DNA from: Eubacteriales bacterium
GTDB lineage: Bacteria; Bacillota; Clostridia; Oscillospirales; CAG-272
Direction of reading: 5' to 3'
DNA: 64,000 bases
Assembly (NCBI GenBank): GCA_045587385.1
Contig: JAZNCE010000003.1
Location: 23,754 to 87,753, forward strand
Under the pieces are notes generated by a model. That model was given only the letters and a program-made list of their open reading frames with translations, did not search any database and was not told the origin of the DNA. A program made the translations under genes and the position numbers. Within the stretch, counting starts at the first letter, position 1. Each line of letters opens with the position of its first letter. Of this stretch, positions 16,034 through 25,512 are shown piece by piece.

Positions 16034-16815
16034 GCCTGCGCCTCGCTTTCTTTTTGGCGCATGTCCAAAATCAGCTGCGCGTAGGGCAGATCACAAGGCT
16101 CGGTGATCTTGATATTCTGCTTGGAGCACTTGACCATCTTGACGGGATGCTTGACAAACTCGATCAAGGAATTATCGTCTGTTGCGGTAAACTTATGCTC
16201 GATTGCAGCATAGCTTGCCGCGAGATACAGCGCATGGCGGAAGACTTGCGGCGTCTGCGCCTGCCAGCACAGCGCACGCTCGGGAGTACTTGCGATATAG
16301 CCCGATTTTTCGACGATTTTGACCGTGTCGGTAGCGGGAATGCCCGCAGATGCTGCATCGGTCTTATACGCCACGCGGCAGACCTCGCTGATCTCCTCGG
16401 GGGTGGTCAGACAGCGTGCCGCGTCGGCAATCGCTACGTAGCGCACCTTGTCGCTGACCGCCTCCACGCCCGCAAGGGCGGAAGCCTGGCGGGTCACGCC
16501 ACCTGCAACTACGGCTGTCAGCTTGGTAATGCCGTATTTATCTTTGAACTCCCAATACAGATCCATTTCGTCCTGCTTGGCGGCTACCACGATCTCACCG
16601 ATGCAGGGCGTATTTTGGTATGCCAGCAGCGTGTGCACCACCAGGGGCTTGCCGCAAAGTTCCAGCATCTGCTTGGTCGTTTCCGTGCCCATGCGCGTGC
16701 CGTTGCCGCCCGCTACGATGATCGCGGCGGTGTAGTCGCGTTTGCCTGCATGCTTACTTGCCGCGCGCAGAACTTCAGCTGCGTCCTTGGCGGCATCTTT
16801 TGCGGTGTAACTCAT
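16030..16815 (-). CDS. ispD: 2-C-methyl-D-erythritol 4-phosphate cytidylyltransferase
   Basis: [13 protein letters not shown]...[10 protein letters not shown] and DAARC are IspD motifs. A 4-nt overlap links it to ispF. Confidence 0.9.
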   Translation of the reverse strand: MSYTAKDAAKDAAEVLRAASKHAGKRDYTAAIIVAGGNGTRMGTETTKQMLELCGKPLVVHTLLAYQNTPCIGEIVVAAKQDEMDLYWEFKDKYGITKLTAVVAGGVTRQASALAGVEAVSDKVRYVAIADAARCLTTPEEISEVCRVAYKTDAASAGIPATDTVKIVEKSGYIASTPERALCWQAQTPQVFRHALYLAASYAAIEHKFTATDDNSLIEFVKHPVKMVKCSKQNIKITEPCDLPYAQLILDMRQKESEAQA

Positions 16816-17270
16816 TGCTTCTCGCTGTCGTCAAGCGCGTTGATGGCAGCCACGCGGGGGATATGACGCTCACCCTCAAATTCTTGGTTCAAAAATGCAT
16901 CTACCATCGTGCATGCAACGCCATAGCCTACGACGCGTGCGCCAAAGCACAGCACGTTTGCATCGTTGTGCATGCGGGTTGCACGGGCGGAGAAGGCCTC
17001 GGAGCAGCAAGCGGCACGAATGCCTCTATGCTTGTTTGCACACATGGACATGCCAATGCCCGTGCCGCAGATCAGAATGCCGACGGGAAATTCACCGCTT
17101 TGGATTTTGGTGCAAAGCGCGTGCGCGATATCGGGATAGCTGCATGCATCGGTGCTGTAGCAGCCAACGTCAAGCAGTTCTGCGCCTTGATTTGCCAAAT
17201 ACTGCTTGATCTGCTCCTTGAGCGCAAATCCTGCGTGATCACATCCGATTACGATTTTGTTGTACAGCAT
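16812..17270 (-). CDS. rpiB: ribose-5-phosphate isomerase B
   Basis: Start at MLYNKIVIGCDHAGFALK behind AAAGGAGA. ILICGTGIGMSMCANK is the RpiB/LacAB signature. Confidence 0.92.
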   Translation of the reverse strand: MLYNKIVIGCDHAGFALKEQIKQYLANQGAELLDVGCYSTDACSYPDIAHALCTKIQSGEFPVGILICGTGIGMSMCANKHRGIRAACCSEAFSARATRMHNDANVLCFGARVVGYGVACTMVDAFLNQEFEGERHIPRVAAINALDDSEKQ

Positions 17271-17283
17271 AGTTGTTTCTCCT

Positions 17284-17988
17284 TTATACGTTCTCTTTGG
17301 AAAGTCGTTCGTTTCGTTCGCGTTCAGCCTGCGAGGGGCGCAGGTAAACGGGTGCCAAAGTAGCATCGTCCACGGCTTCGCCGCGCTCATATGCTGCAAG
17401 TCCGCAAAGGGCTACGCTGTAGCCGCTCTGATAGCGCAGCTCGTCGGGCACGGGGCGGACGGTTGCTTTTTCAAGTCCTTCAAGTGTGATGTCGCAGCCG
17501 TCACCCACCAAGTAAATGGGCTGATCCATAGAGCAAAGCGCTTCGTCCAGCTCGGCAATCGAGATGGCGCGGTCAGGGCAAAGGCGGTTCAGTACGCCGT
17601 TCTCGCAAGAAAACAGCGCGTTATATACCTGCGCGCGGCGCGCATTCATAACGGGGCAAATAATGCCGTTAAAATATCTTAAATTATACGCAAGGGCCTC
17701 CAAGGTGGAAACGCCCGCGCAGGGAATGTTTTTGCCAAATGCAAGTCCCTTGACTGTGGCAACGCCGATGCGCACGCCCGTAAACGAGCCGGGACCGTTG
17801 CTGACGGCGAACAGGTCAAGATCGTCGATCTCCCATTCCGCACTTTTCAAAACGGACTCGATCATGGGAAGCAGGGTCTGACTGTGCGTGTTGCCCGTGT
17901 TGAGCGTATAGTGTGCGACCATGCGGGAGTCCTCGCAAAGTGCCACAGAGCCAACCACGGCAGAGGAATCAAGTGCCAAAATCTTCAT
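17284..17988 (-). CDS. tsaB: tRNA t6A37 biosynthesis protein TsaB
   Basis: MKILALDSS...SNGPGSFTGVRIGVATVKGL is a typical TsaB (YeaZ) sequence. Confidence 0.9.
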   Translation of the reverse strand: MKILALDSSAVVGSVALCEDSRMVAHYTLNTGNTHSQTLLPMIESVLKSAEWEIDDLDLFAVSNGPGSFTGVRIGVATVKGLAFGKNIPCAGVSTLEALAYNLRYFNGIICPVMNARRAQVYNALFSCENGVLNRLCPDRAISIAELDEALCSMDQPIYLVGDGCDITLEGLEKATVRPVPDELRYQSGYSVALCGLAAYERGEAVDDATLAPVYLRPSQAERERNERLSKENV

Positions 17989-17991
17989 CTG

Positions 17992-18465
17992 TCAGATCCT
18001 TTCTATGCGTATCTCGCGGCTGTCGGGAGCATCCGCATTATTTTTGGTAATGGTGACGCGCAGATAGTGAAGAGGGAGCGCGTAGGGGATCTTCTCGCAC
18101 CATTCCGCAATGCAAATGCCGCGGTCGGGGTAATCGTCAAAGCCCATGGAGTACAGGTCGTCCTCCGAGTCAATGCGGTACATGTCAAAGTGGAACAGCG
18201 AGGTCTTGGTCTGCTTGTTTCTGTATTCGTTGACCAAGGTAAAGGTAGGGGAGCGCACAAGGCTCTCGGGAGAGAGCACCGACGCAAAGCCGCGCGTAAA
18301 GGCGGTCTTACCCACGCCAAGGTCGCCGTAAAGGGCAACGAAACGGGGCAGGGTTTTATCTGCTGTCATGGCGTTAGCAAGAGCTGCACCCACCTCTTCG
18401 GTTTCGGTCGGTGAGAGCGTCTGCACGCAAAGCGGGAAAGAAATATCTATATTCATACCTGTCAT
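17992..18465 (-). CDS. tsaE: tRNA t6A37 biosynthesis ATPase TsaE
   Basis: P-loop LYGDLGVGKTAFTRG, then SPTFTL and HFDMYR. The start is taken at MTGMNID; 18456 is an alternative. Confidence 0.88.
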   Translation of the reverse strand: MTGMNIDISFPLCVQTLSPTETEEVGAALANAMTADKTLPRFVALYGDLGVGKTAFTRGFASVLSPESLVRSPTFTLVNEYRNKQTKTSLFHFDMYRIDSEDDLYSMGFDDYPDRGICIAEWCEKIPYALPLHYLRVTITKNNADAPDSREIRIERI

Positions 18466-18547
18466 CCTGTCAAAACACTTATTCAAAATAATTATAACAC
18501 AAAAAGCCCTTATTGTAAAGGGCTTTTTGGTATTGAATATGAGTTTT

Positions 18548-18775
18548 TTATTTTTTGTCCGCATCGGACTTGGGGCGATCTGCGACCTGCTCGCGCGTGC
18601 CGTCGGGGCGCACGATGACCGTGTTATCCAGAATACCTGTCATAGATGCGCGGAACTCGCGAATATATTCGGTGCGAAGAGCCGCTCTTTCTTCAAGCTC
18701 CGCTTCGGTCAACTGTTCGCCTCTCTTGACCTTTGCCGCAAGCTCGTTGATGCGGTTAAGCTTTTCTTTTTCCAT
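18548..18775 (-). CDS. DUF896 (YnzC-like) small protein
   Basis: MEKEKLNRINELAAK.K.G.LTEAELEERAALR.EYI..FR is the DUF896 pattern. Confidence 0.8.
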   Translation of the reverse strand: MEKEKLNRINELAAKVKRGEQLTEAELEERAALRTEYIREFRASMTGILDNTVIVRPDGTREQVADRPKSDADKK

Positions 18776-18789
18776 AGTGAATTCCTTTC

Positions 18790-20562
18790 TCAGTCAGCGG
18801 TATAAAGCTTGTAGAGATCCGCGTACATGCCGCCCTTTTCGGTCAGCTCCTTGTGCGTACCCTCCTCGACAATACCGTCTGCCGTCAGCACCACAATGCG
18901 GTCTGCGTTCTTAATGGTGGTCAGACGGTGGGCAATGGTAATGGTGGTTCTGCCCACGGTCAGCTTTTCAATGGATTTCTGCACCAGTCGCTCGCTTTCG
19001 TTGTCAAGCGCGCTGGTTGCCTCGTCCAAGATCAGCACGGGCGGGTTCTTAAGGAACACGCGCGCAATGGATACGCGCTGACGCTGACCGCCCGAAAGCT
19101 TAAGTCCGCGCTCACCCACGTAGGTGTTGTAACGGTCGGGCAGCTGATCGATAAATTCGTCAGCCCCTGCCAGCTTTGCTGCCGCCTCGATCTCCTCGTC
19201 GGTGGCGTCGGGCTTGCCGTATGCAATGTTATCGCGGATGGTGCCCGAGAACAGGTATACGTTTTGCTGCACGATACCGATATTTTGGCGCAGCGAACGC
19301 ATGGTGACGTCCTGAATATTTTGCCCGTCAATTAAAATCTGACCGCCCTGCAGCTCGTAGAAGCGGGGAATGAGTGAGCAAAGCGTGGTCTTGCCGCAGC
19401 CGGAAGGACCAACCAGCGCCACGTTTTCACCTGCACGCACGTGCAAGGAAAGCTCGCTGAGCACGTTTTGCACCTTGTCCTCCTCGTAGCGGAAGGTGAC
19501 CTTGTCCAGCACAATGTCACCACGGACGTTTTCCAAAATCTTGGCACCGGGCTTGTCCTGAATGTCGGGGACAACGTCCAGAATCTCGGAGAAACGCTCA
19601 ATACCTGTCATACCGCGCTGGAACTGCTCGGTAAACTCCACGATGCGGCGCACCGAGGTAAACAGGGTAGAAACGTACATCAAAAACGCAATATAGTCGG
19701 CAGCGTCGAGCTGGATCACGGGATTTTCCGCAATCAGCAACAGCGCACCCACGACCACGACAACGATATAGAGAAGACCTTCGAAAAAGCGCGTGGACGC
19801 CTGGAACATGCCCATATATTTGTACATGGTGCCCTTGATGCCGAGGAACTTGTGATTGCCCTCGTGGAATTTTCTGATTTCCGTGCCCTCGTTGGCAAAC
19901 GCCTTGACCTCGTGAATGCCCAATAGGCTATCCTCGACCTGCGAGTTGAGCTCACCCACCTGCACGCGCGATTGGCGGAAGGCTTCCTTCATCTTGCCGT
20001 TGAAGGAGATCAGCACCAAAATCATGACGGGAATCATGGCAAAGGTGACCAGTGCCAATATGGGATTGATGATCAGCAGAATGACGAAAGAGCCCAAGAT
20101 CTTGACGCCCGCAATGAAAAATTCCTCGGGGCAATGGTGTGCAAATTCGGTAATGTCGAACAAGTCGCTGGTAATACGCGACATCAGCGTACCCACCTTG
20201 GTGTTATCAAAGTAGGAAAAGCTGAGCTTTTGCAAATGTCCGAACAGATCGCGGCGCATGTCGGTCTCCATTTTCGCACCGATGATGTGCCCGCGGTTTG
20301 CCATGTAGTAATACGCAATAGTATCGATCAGACGCATGGCAAGATACACGCCGCCAAAGGTCAGGATCATGGTGACCGTCAGCGAAATGGGTTCCTCTTG
20401 CGCAGCGCCCGTGATTTTTCTTACGATCAGCGGCAACGCCAGCTCGCACATGGTGGTCAGAGCCGCGCAGCAAAGATCAAAGATGATGTCCTTGGTATAG
20501 GGCTTATAGTAGGGAAGAAACCGCTTGATCGGATGTGTCTTTTTGGTTTTGTTTTTCGCCAT
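18790..20562 (-). CDS. ABC exporter, fused permease/ATPase (MsbA/MdlB type)
   Basis: Six-helix TMD followed by an NBD with Walker A GPSGCGKTT, signature LSGGQRQR and Walker B LILDEATSALD. Confidence 0.92.
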   Translation of the reverse strand: MAKNKTKKTHPIKRFLPYYKPYTKDIIFDLCCAALTTMCELALPLIVRKITGAAQEEPISLTVTMILTFGGVYLAMRLIDTIAYYYMANRGHIIGAKMETDMRRDLFGHLQKLSFSYFDNTKVGTLMSRITSDLFDITEFAHHCPEEFFIAGVKILGSFVILLIINPILALVTFAMIPVMILVLISFNGKMKEAFRQSRVQVGELNSQVEDSLLGIHEVKAFANEGTEIRKFHEGNHKFLGIKGTMYKYMGMFQASTRFFEGLLYIVVVVVGALLLIAENPVIQLDAADYIAFLMYVSTLFTSVRRIVEFTEQFQRGMTGIERFSEILDVVPDIQDKPGAKILENVRGDIVLDKVTFRYEEDKVQNVLSELSLHVRAGENVALVGPSGCGKTTLCSLIPRFYELQGGQILIDGQNIQDVTMRSLRQNIGIVQQNVYLFSGTIRDNIAYGKPDATDEEIEAAAKLAGADEFIDQLPDRYNTYVGERGLKLSGGQRQRVSIARVFLKNPPVLILDEATSALDNESERLVQKSIEKLTVGRTTITIAHRLTTIKNADRIVVLTADGIVEEGTHKELTEKGGMYADLYKLYTAD

Positions 20563-20625
20563 GACACAAGCTCCTTTCTGTGTGTTGGGGGGTGCTGCGT
20601 ATGCAGCAGCCCCTCGGATATGACT

Positions 20626-23028
20626 TTAAGCGCGAAGCGCAATACCCAGCTTGAATTTGAGGTCGTTGATGATTTTTTTGGAGATCTTGTCAGCTTCCTC
20701 AACGGTCAGGGTACGGTCAGTTGCACGCAGCGTGACGCGGAATGCAACGCTCTTGTTGCCCACACCCAGCTTTTCGCCGCGGAAGATGTCGAACAGCTCG
20801 ACCTTTTCTACCAGAGCACCGCCTGCCTTGGCGATCACGTTCATGATCTTGCCAACCTCCAGCTCCTCAGCGCAAACGAATGCGTAGTCGCGGGTTGCAG
20901 CGGGGAACTTGGGCAGGGGCTTGTAGTCGGGCTCGGTATTGGAAACCTCGAACAGCGCGTCAAAGTCGATCTCGGCGCAAAGAACGGGAATGTTCATGCC
21001 GTAATTGTCAGCCACAACGGGGTGAATCTGACCGAATACGCCCAGATACTTGCCGTCTGCAGTGGTCACAACAGCACATCTGCCGGGATGGTAAGAGGGA
21101 TTTTCGGAGCAAGCGGTATACTGTGCACCCTTGACGCCTGCCATCTTGAGCAGATTTTCTACAGCACCCTTCATGTCGTAGAAATCAGCGTCGCCGTACA
21201 TGCCCACGGTCACAACCGTCTTTTCCTCGGGCAGGTTCGCGGGATCTGCGTCGGGCAGATAAATGGTAGCCATTTCAAACAGACGCACGTTCTGATTGGA
21301 GAAGTTGTTGTTTCTCTGCAGAACCTCCATCAAAGAGGGCAGCGCGGTGGTACGCATGACGCTGGTGTCCTCGCCAAGCGGGTTGGAAATGACAACAGAG
21401 GTGCGCAGAGAGCTGTCAGCAGGCAGCGCGATTGCGTCGTAGTACTTGGGGCTGATGAAGGAGAAGGTCTGAATCTGCGAGATGCCCATGCCGTACATCA
21501 GCTGCTCGGTTGCCACAAACAGCTTCTGCTTGGGGGTACGCATGCCCTGCGTGGTCTCTGCCTTGATGCAGGAGGAGGGAATCTTGTCATAACCCCAGAT
21601 ACGCACGATCTCTTCTGCAATATCCTGCATGCAGTTAAGGTCGGAGCGGAAGGAAGGCACGTAAATGTTGCCGTTCTCTACGCGGCACTCCAAGGTGGCG
21701 AGAATGTCGATCATGGTCTGCTCGTCGATCTCGGTGCCAAGGAACTTGTTATACTTTTCGGGCGTGAAGGGCAGCACGACCTGCTCCTTCTTGCCGGGGT
21801 AAACGTCGATCAAGCCGTCCACCACGTCACCTGCGCCCAGCATTTCAACCAGCTGGCATGCGCGCATCAAGCCGGGCAGGCAGTTTTCGGGGTCAAGACC
21901 CTTTTCAAAGCGTGCGGAGGATTCGGTTCTCATGCCGTTCTTCTTTGCGGTCACGCGCGTGTCGGGACCGGAGAAGCAAGCGGACTCAAATACTACAGTC
22001 ACGGTGTCGTTCTCGATTTCGCTGTTCAGTCCACCCATAACGCCTGCGAGTGCGCAAGCCTTATTGCCGTCTGCAATGACCAGCATGGAGGAATCCAGGG
22101 TGTGGCTGACGTTGTCAAGAGATACGAATACCTCACCGTCGCCGGCGCGGCGTACGTTGATCTCCTTGCCCTCGATCTGCTTGTAATCGAACGCGTGCAT
22201 GGGCTGACCGTACTCCAGCATGACGTAGTTGGTAATGTCAACGATATTGTTGATGGGGCGCACACCTGCAGCACGCAGACGTCTGCGCATCCATACGGGA
22301 GAGGGAGCGATCTTGACGTTCTTGACTACCTTTGCAGCGTAGCGATAGCAAAGATCGGGCGCGCTGATGCCTACGGAGAGATAGTTATCAATGCTGTCAC
22401 CGTCCTGCGTACCGTTGACGTATACGGGGGGAATGTGCCACTCAAGATCCATGGAAGCTGCCGTCTCGCGTGCAAGACCGATGACGGACAGACAGTCGGG
22501 GCGGTTGGAGGTGATCTCAAACTCGACTACCGTGTCGCGGATCATTTCACAGTCGCAAATATCCTGTCCGAGATATGCTTCGTAGCTCTCGGGCAGAATC
22601 CAGATGCCGTTTTCCTCAACACCGGGGCAGTCGTTGGCGGTCAAGCCCAGCTCTGCAAACGAGCACATCATACCGTTGGAGTCAATGCCGCGCAGCTTAC
22701 CTGCCTTGATCTGCTTGCCCTCAGCCACGGTTGCGGGAGCGACTGCAGCGGGAACGATCGCGCCAACGAATACGTTCTGCGCGCCGGTAACGATCTGAAT
22801 GGGAGCTTCTGCACCCACGTCGATCTGACAGATCCAAAGGTGATCGGAGTCGGGGTGGTGCTCCATAGCAACTACCTTACCAATGCGAACGTTAGAAATA
22901 TCCTCTGCGAGTACCTCGAAGCCCTCTACCTTGGAGCCGGTATCGGTCATGCGGTCGCAGTACTTCTTAACGTCTGCAATCTTGTCTGTATCAATATAAT
23001 CGTGAAGCCAATTAAAAGAAAGATTCAT
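20626..23028 (-). CDS. pheT: phenylalanine--tRNA ligase beta subunit
   Basis: 800 aa. N-terminus MNLSFNWLHDYID, then tRNA-binding, B3/4, B5 and FDX-ACB domains. Confidence 0.96.
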   Translation of the reverse strand: MNLSFNWLHDYIDTDKIADVKKYCDRMTDTGSKVEGFEVLAEDISNVRIGKVVAMEHHPDSDHLWICQIDVGAEAPIQIVTGAQNVFVGAIVPAAVAPATVAEGKQIKAGKLRGIDSNGMMCSFAELGLTANDCPGVEENGIWILPESYEAYLGQDICDCEMIRDTVVEFEITSNRPDCLSVIGLARETAASMDLEWHIPPVYVNGTQDGDSIDNYLSVGISAPDLCYRYAAKVVKNVKIAPSPVWMRRRLRAAGVRPINNIVDITNYVMLEYGQPMHAFDYKQIEGKEINVRRAGDGEVFVSLDNVSHTLDSSMLVIADGNKACALAGVMGGLNSEIENDTVTVVFESACFSGPDTRVTAKKNGMRTESSARFEKGLDPENCLPGLMRACQLVEMLGAGDVVDGLIDVYPGKKEQVVLPFTPEKYNKFLGTEIDEQTMIDILATLECRVENGNIYVPSFRSDLNCMQDIAEEIVRIWGYDKIPSSCIKAETTQGMRTPKQKLFVATEQLMYGMGISQIQTFSFISPKYYDAIALPADSSLRTSVVISNPLGEDTSVMRTTALPSLMEVLQRNNNFSNQNVRLFEMATIYLPDADPANLPEEKTVVTVGMYGDADFYDMKGAVENLLKMAGVKGAQYTACSENPSYHPGRCAVVTTADGKYLGVFGQIHPVVADNYGMNIPVLCAEIDFDALFEVSNTEPDYKPLPKFPAATRDYAFVCAEELEVGKIMNVIAKAGGALVEKVELFDIFRGEKLGVGNKSVAFRVTLRATDRTLTVEEADKISKKIINDLKFKLGIALRA

Positions 23029-23045
23029 ATCTTTGCTCTCCTTTC

Positions 23046-24056
23046 TCAGAACTGCTCAAGGAAACGTACGTCGTTCTCATAGAACAGACGAATGTCGTCT
23101 ACGTGATACTTGAGCATGGCGATACGCTCGATACCCATACCGAACGCAAAGCCGCTGTATTCCTCGGGGTCAATGCCGCACATGGTCAGCACGTTGGGGT
23201 GCACCATGCCCGCGCCCAGAATTTCGATCCAGCCCTCGCCCTTGCAAAGTCTGCAGCCCTTACCGCCGCAAGCAAAGCAGGAAACGTCCACCTCTGCGCT
23301 GGGCTCGGTGAAGGGGAAGTGGTGGGGACGGAAACGGCAACGGGTGTCCTCGCCGAACTGTGCCTTTGCAAAGGTCTCCAGCATGCCCTTGAGGTCGCCC
23401 ATGGTAATGCCTTTGTCAACGACAAGACCTTCCATCTGATGGAACAGAGGGGAGTGGGTTGCGTCCATCGCGTCGGAACGGTAAACGCGGCCGGGGGAGA
23501 TGATGCGGATCGGAGGCTTCTGTACCTCCATGGTTCTCGCCTGTACGGGAGAGGTCTGCGAGCGCAAGAGGATATTCTCGGTGATGTAGAAGGTGTCCTG
23601 CGTATCGCGCGCGGGGTGATTTTCCGGAATGTTGAGCTTCTGGAAGTTGTAGAGGTCGTACTCTACCTCGGGACCTTCTGCAATAGAGAAGCCCATACCG
23701 ATAAAGATCTCTTCCATATCTCTCTGTACGCGGGTCAGGGGGTGTACGTGACCGACGCGGGTGGTCTTGCCGGGCATGGTAACGTCCAAGCGCTCAGCCT
23801 TGAGCTGCTCTTGGAGCGCGGCTGCCTTCTGTGCTTCTGCCTTTTGGGCAACGGCTGCCTCGATCTCCTCGCGCACCTGGTTTGCCAGCTGACCGATTAC
23901 GGGTCTTTCCTCGGCAGTCAGCTTGCCCATACCGCGCAATACGGCGGTCAGCTCACCCTTTTTGCCAAGGTATTGAATTCTGATCTGCTCAAGATCTTCG
24001 CCTGCAGCAATCTTTTCAAGTGCTGTCTGACGAATTTGATTCAGCATTTCTTTCAT
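23046..24056 (-). CDS. pheS: phenylalanine--tRNA ligase alpha subunit
   Basis: Class II motifs [22 protein letters not shown] and [12 protein letters not shown]. Confidence 0.96.
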   Translation of the reverse strand: MKEMLNQIRQTALEKIAAGEDLEQIRIQYLGKKGELTAVLRGMGKLTAEERPVIGQLANQVREEIEAAVAQKAEAQKAAALQEQLKAERLDVTMPGKTTRVGHVHPLTRVQRDMEEIFIGMGFSIAEGPEVEYDLYNFQKLNIPENHPARDTQDTFYITENILLRSQTSPVQARTMEVQKPPIRIISPGRVYRSDAMDATHSPLFHQMEGLVVDKGITMGDLKGMLETFAKAQFGEDTRCRFRPHHFPFTEPSAEVDVSCFACGGKGCRLCKGEGWIEILGAGMVHPNVLTMCGIDPEEYSGFAFGMGIERIAMLKYHVDDIRLFYENDVRFLEQF

Positions 24057-24074
24057 GTTGATTCCTTCCTTTTA

Positions 24075-24350
24075 TTTAGAAATTGTTTTTTATAAATATA
24101 AAAAGCCGCCCCATACAAACATGGGACGGCATAAAAACCGCGGTACCACCCAATTAAAGGCGTGTGGCGCATAAGCGCACAAAGCCAACACTCTGCTGAC
24201 AAATAACGGTGTCTGCCGTGCCTCGCTACCCCGAAATGGCTCACAAGACCTGCTCCGAAGGGAAATGCAACCCACGCCCCGCAAGACCGCTCTCAGCCGT
24301 GTCGGTCCTCTCTGTGTGCTTTTGCCGTGTGCGCTGACTTCATCATCGCA
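24075..24350 (-). promoter_or_regulatory. T-box leader, specifier UUC (Phe), controlling pheST
   Basis: All on the minus strand. UGC-GAU-GA-U-GAAG paired with CUUC-G-GA-GCA. AGAGAG plus distal loop. UUC lies directly 5' of the CUUC helix (complement of 24262-24264). T-box sequence AATTGGGTGGTACCGCGG (complement of 24138-24155). Terminator GCCGTCCCAT/ATGGGGCGGC plus a T run (24101-24130). Confidence 0.9.
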
Positions 24351-24361
24351 TTTACCGCTAT

Positions 24362-24390
24362 ATTATATCATATATCTTTCCCGTTTGCAA
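24362..24390 (-). promoter_or_regulatory. sigma-A type promoter for the pheST leader
   Basis: Minus strand: TTGCAA, 17-nt spacer, TATAAT, ending ~12 nt before the leader's UGCGAUGA. Confidence 0.6.
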
Positions 24391-24537
24391 GGGGTTTTGA
24401 GAATATTTTTGCGAAATTCGCGGTGAAATGCAATGCACAACACCCGGAGAAACTGTATTTCGTCCTATTTTCTTTTCTTGACTTTCCCCATACGCCATGG
24501 TACAATGAAAACAACGATACGGGAAAGGGGATAGCAT

Positions 24538-25131
24538 ATGAGTAAAAAGCAGATCATTGTCTTGCTCTCCTTTTGCGTACTGTTCGCTCTTTTGTTCATG
24601 AGCGCGCTTGTCGGTACGGCTGCGTTGTTTTTGCTGGGCAATACGCAAGGGCTGGTTGGAGAGTTGCTGTCCAATGCAGAGCTTCCGCCGCTGTTTGAAA
24701 AGCTCGATCCGTCAAAGCAAACAGAGCACGTACCCGAGACAGACGGTATGCCTTCCGAAAGTACGGGCGACTTGATTGAGATCGAACCTTTGCCACTCGA
24801 AACTTTGCCGCCCGATGTAAATATCGAGATCGGCACGGACGAGGAAAAGCCGCTGCCGGATGAAATGTACGACTATTTCGATTTTGATATGGTGCAAATA
24901 CCGAGCAATGCGGGATTTTCCAGAGTGCGCAAGGGTATGCGTTTGGAACTTGTGATCAATATGATGGGAAAGCCGCACCGCTATATTCACCTGACCGACG
25001 AGAGCGTGATGCTGTTATGGAACACGGATACCGAGGAATCCGTTATGGTCAAGGCTACGTTTGGGCAGGGAGAATACCCAACCGAAGAGGACAGATGGAA
25101 CGACGCCCGAGTGACCGACGTGTTCAGATAA
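24538..25131 (+). CDS. hypothetical membrane-anchored protein
   Basis: RBS GGGGA. One N-terminal TM helix, an acidic/Pro-rich linker and a ~90 aa C-terminal domain. No family recognised. Confidence 0.6.
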   Translation: MSKKQIIVLLSFCVLFALLFMSALVGTAALFLLGNTQGLVGELLSNAELPPLFEKLDPSKQTEHVPETDGMPSESTGDLIEIEPLPLETLPPDVNIEIGTDEEKPLPDEMYDYFDFDMVQIPSNAGFSRVRKGMRLELVINMMGKPHRYIHLTDESVMLLWNTDTEESVMVKATFGQGEYPTEEDRWNDARVTDVFR

Positions 25132-25135
25132 AAAC

Positions 25136-25164
25136 AAGGCAGAGCTGCGGCTCTGCCTTATTTC
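25136..25164. terminator. bidirectional hairpin terminator
   Basis: AAGGCAGAGC-TGCG-GCTCTGCCTT sits between convergent genes. Confidence 0.65.
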
Positions 25165-25167
25165 GTA

Positions 25168-25503
25168 TCAAATTACGCCCAACGCAATCACCGCTGTCAC
25201 GCCGACGACCGCTGCCAATTGCAGCACGGCAATGCCAAAGGTCAGCCATCTCTGCCAATGCTGCGTCTTGTGACGGATGAGCGTCATGGTCGCAAACATG
25301 GCAAGAGAGCCGCCAAGCAAGGGAAGGATATAGAACAGCGTCTTTTCGGGAACGCGCAGCTGCACCTTGCCTTTTTTGGAAATGCCCTTGTCGTAGATGC
25401 AGACGATCATGGAGATCAGCGAAATGATCACCAGATATCCGCCTAAGATTGCATAGGGAATTGCCCAAGGCGTCAGATTTTCAAGCATTTGTGCAAAATC
25501 CAT
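25168..25503 (-). CDS. DUF1294 membrane protein
   Basis: YDKGISKKGK.RVPEKTLF....GGSLAMF..M.LIRHKT is the DUF1294 pattern. It lies directly downstream of glnS. Confidence 0.8.
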   Translation of the reverse strand: MDFAQMLENLTPWAIPYAILGGYLVIISLISMIVCIYDKGISKKGKVQLRVPEKTLFYILPLLGGSLAMFATMTLIRHKTQHWQRWLTFGIAVLQLAAVVGVTAVIALGVI

Positions 25504-25512
25504 AGTTGCCTC

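Noticed and set aside
19972-23082. A 1036-aa plus-strand ORF, along with similar long ORFs at 4636-5841(-), 6482-8455(-), 10683-12404(-), 25489-27186(+), 27065-28558(+), 29671-31896(+), 36393-37781(+), 37929-39299(+), 48558-50141(+) and 54512-55912(-).
   Set aside because: Each lies exactly antisense to a gene with strong family signatures (pheT, glycosidases, HK/HtrA, glnS, gltX, SBP, GH-like paralogs, glnA, GNAT-like). Their translations are low-complexity and rich in G, V, A, R, H and L, with no motifs or RBS. This is the usual stop-codon-poor antisense frame of GC-rich coding DNA.
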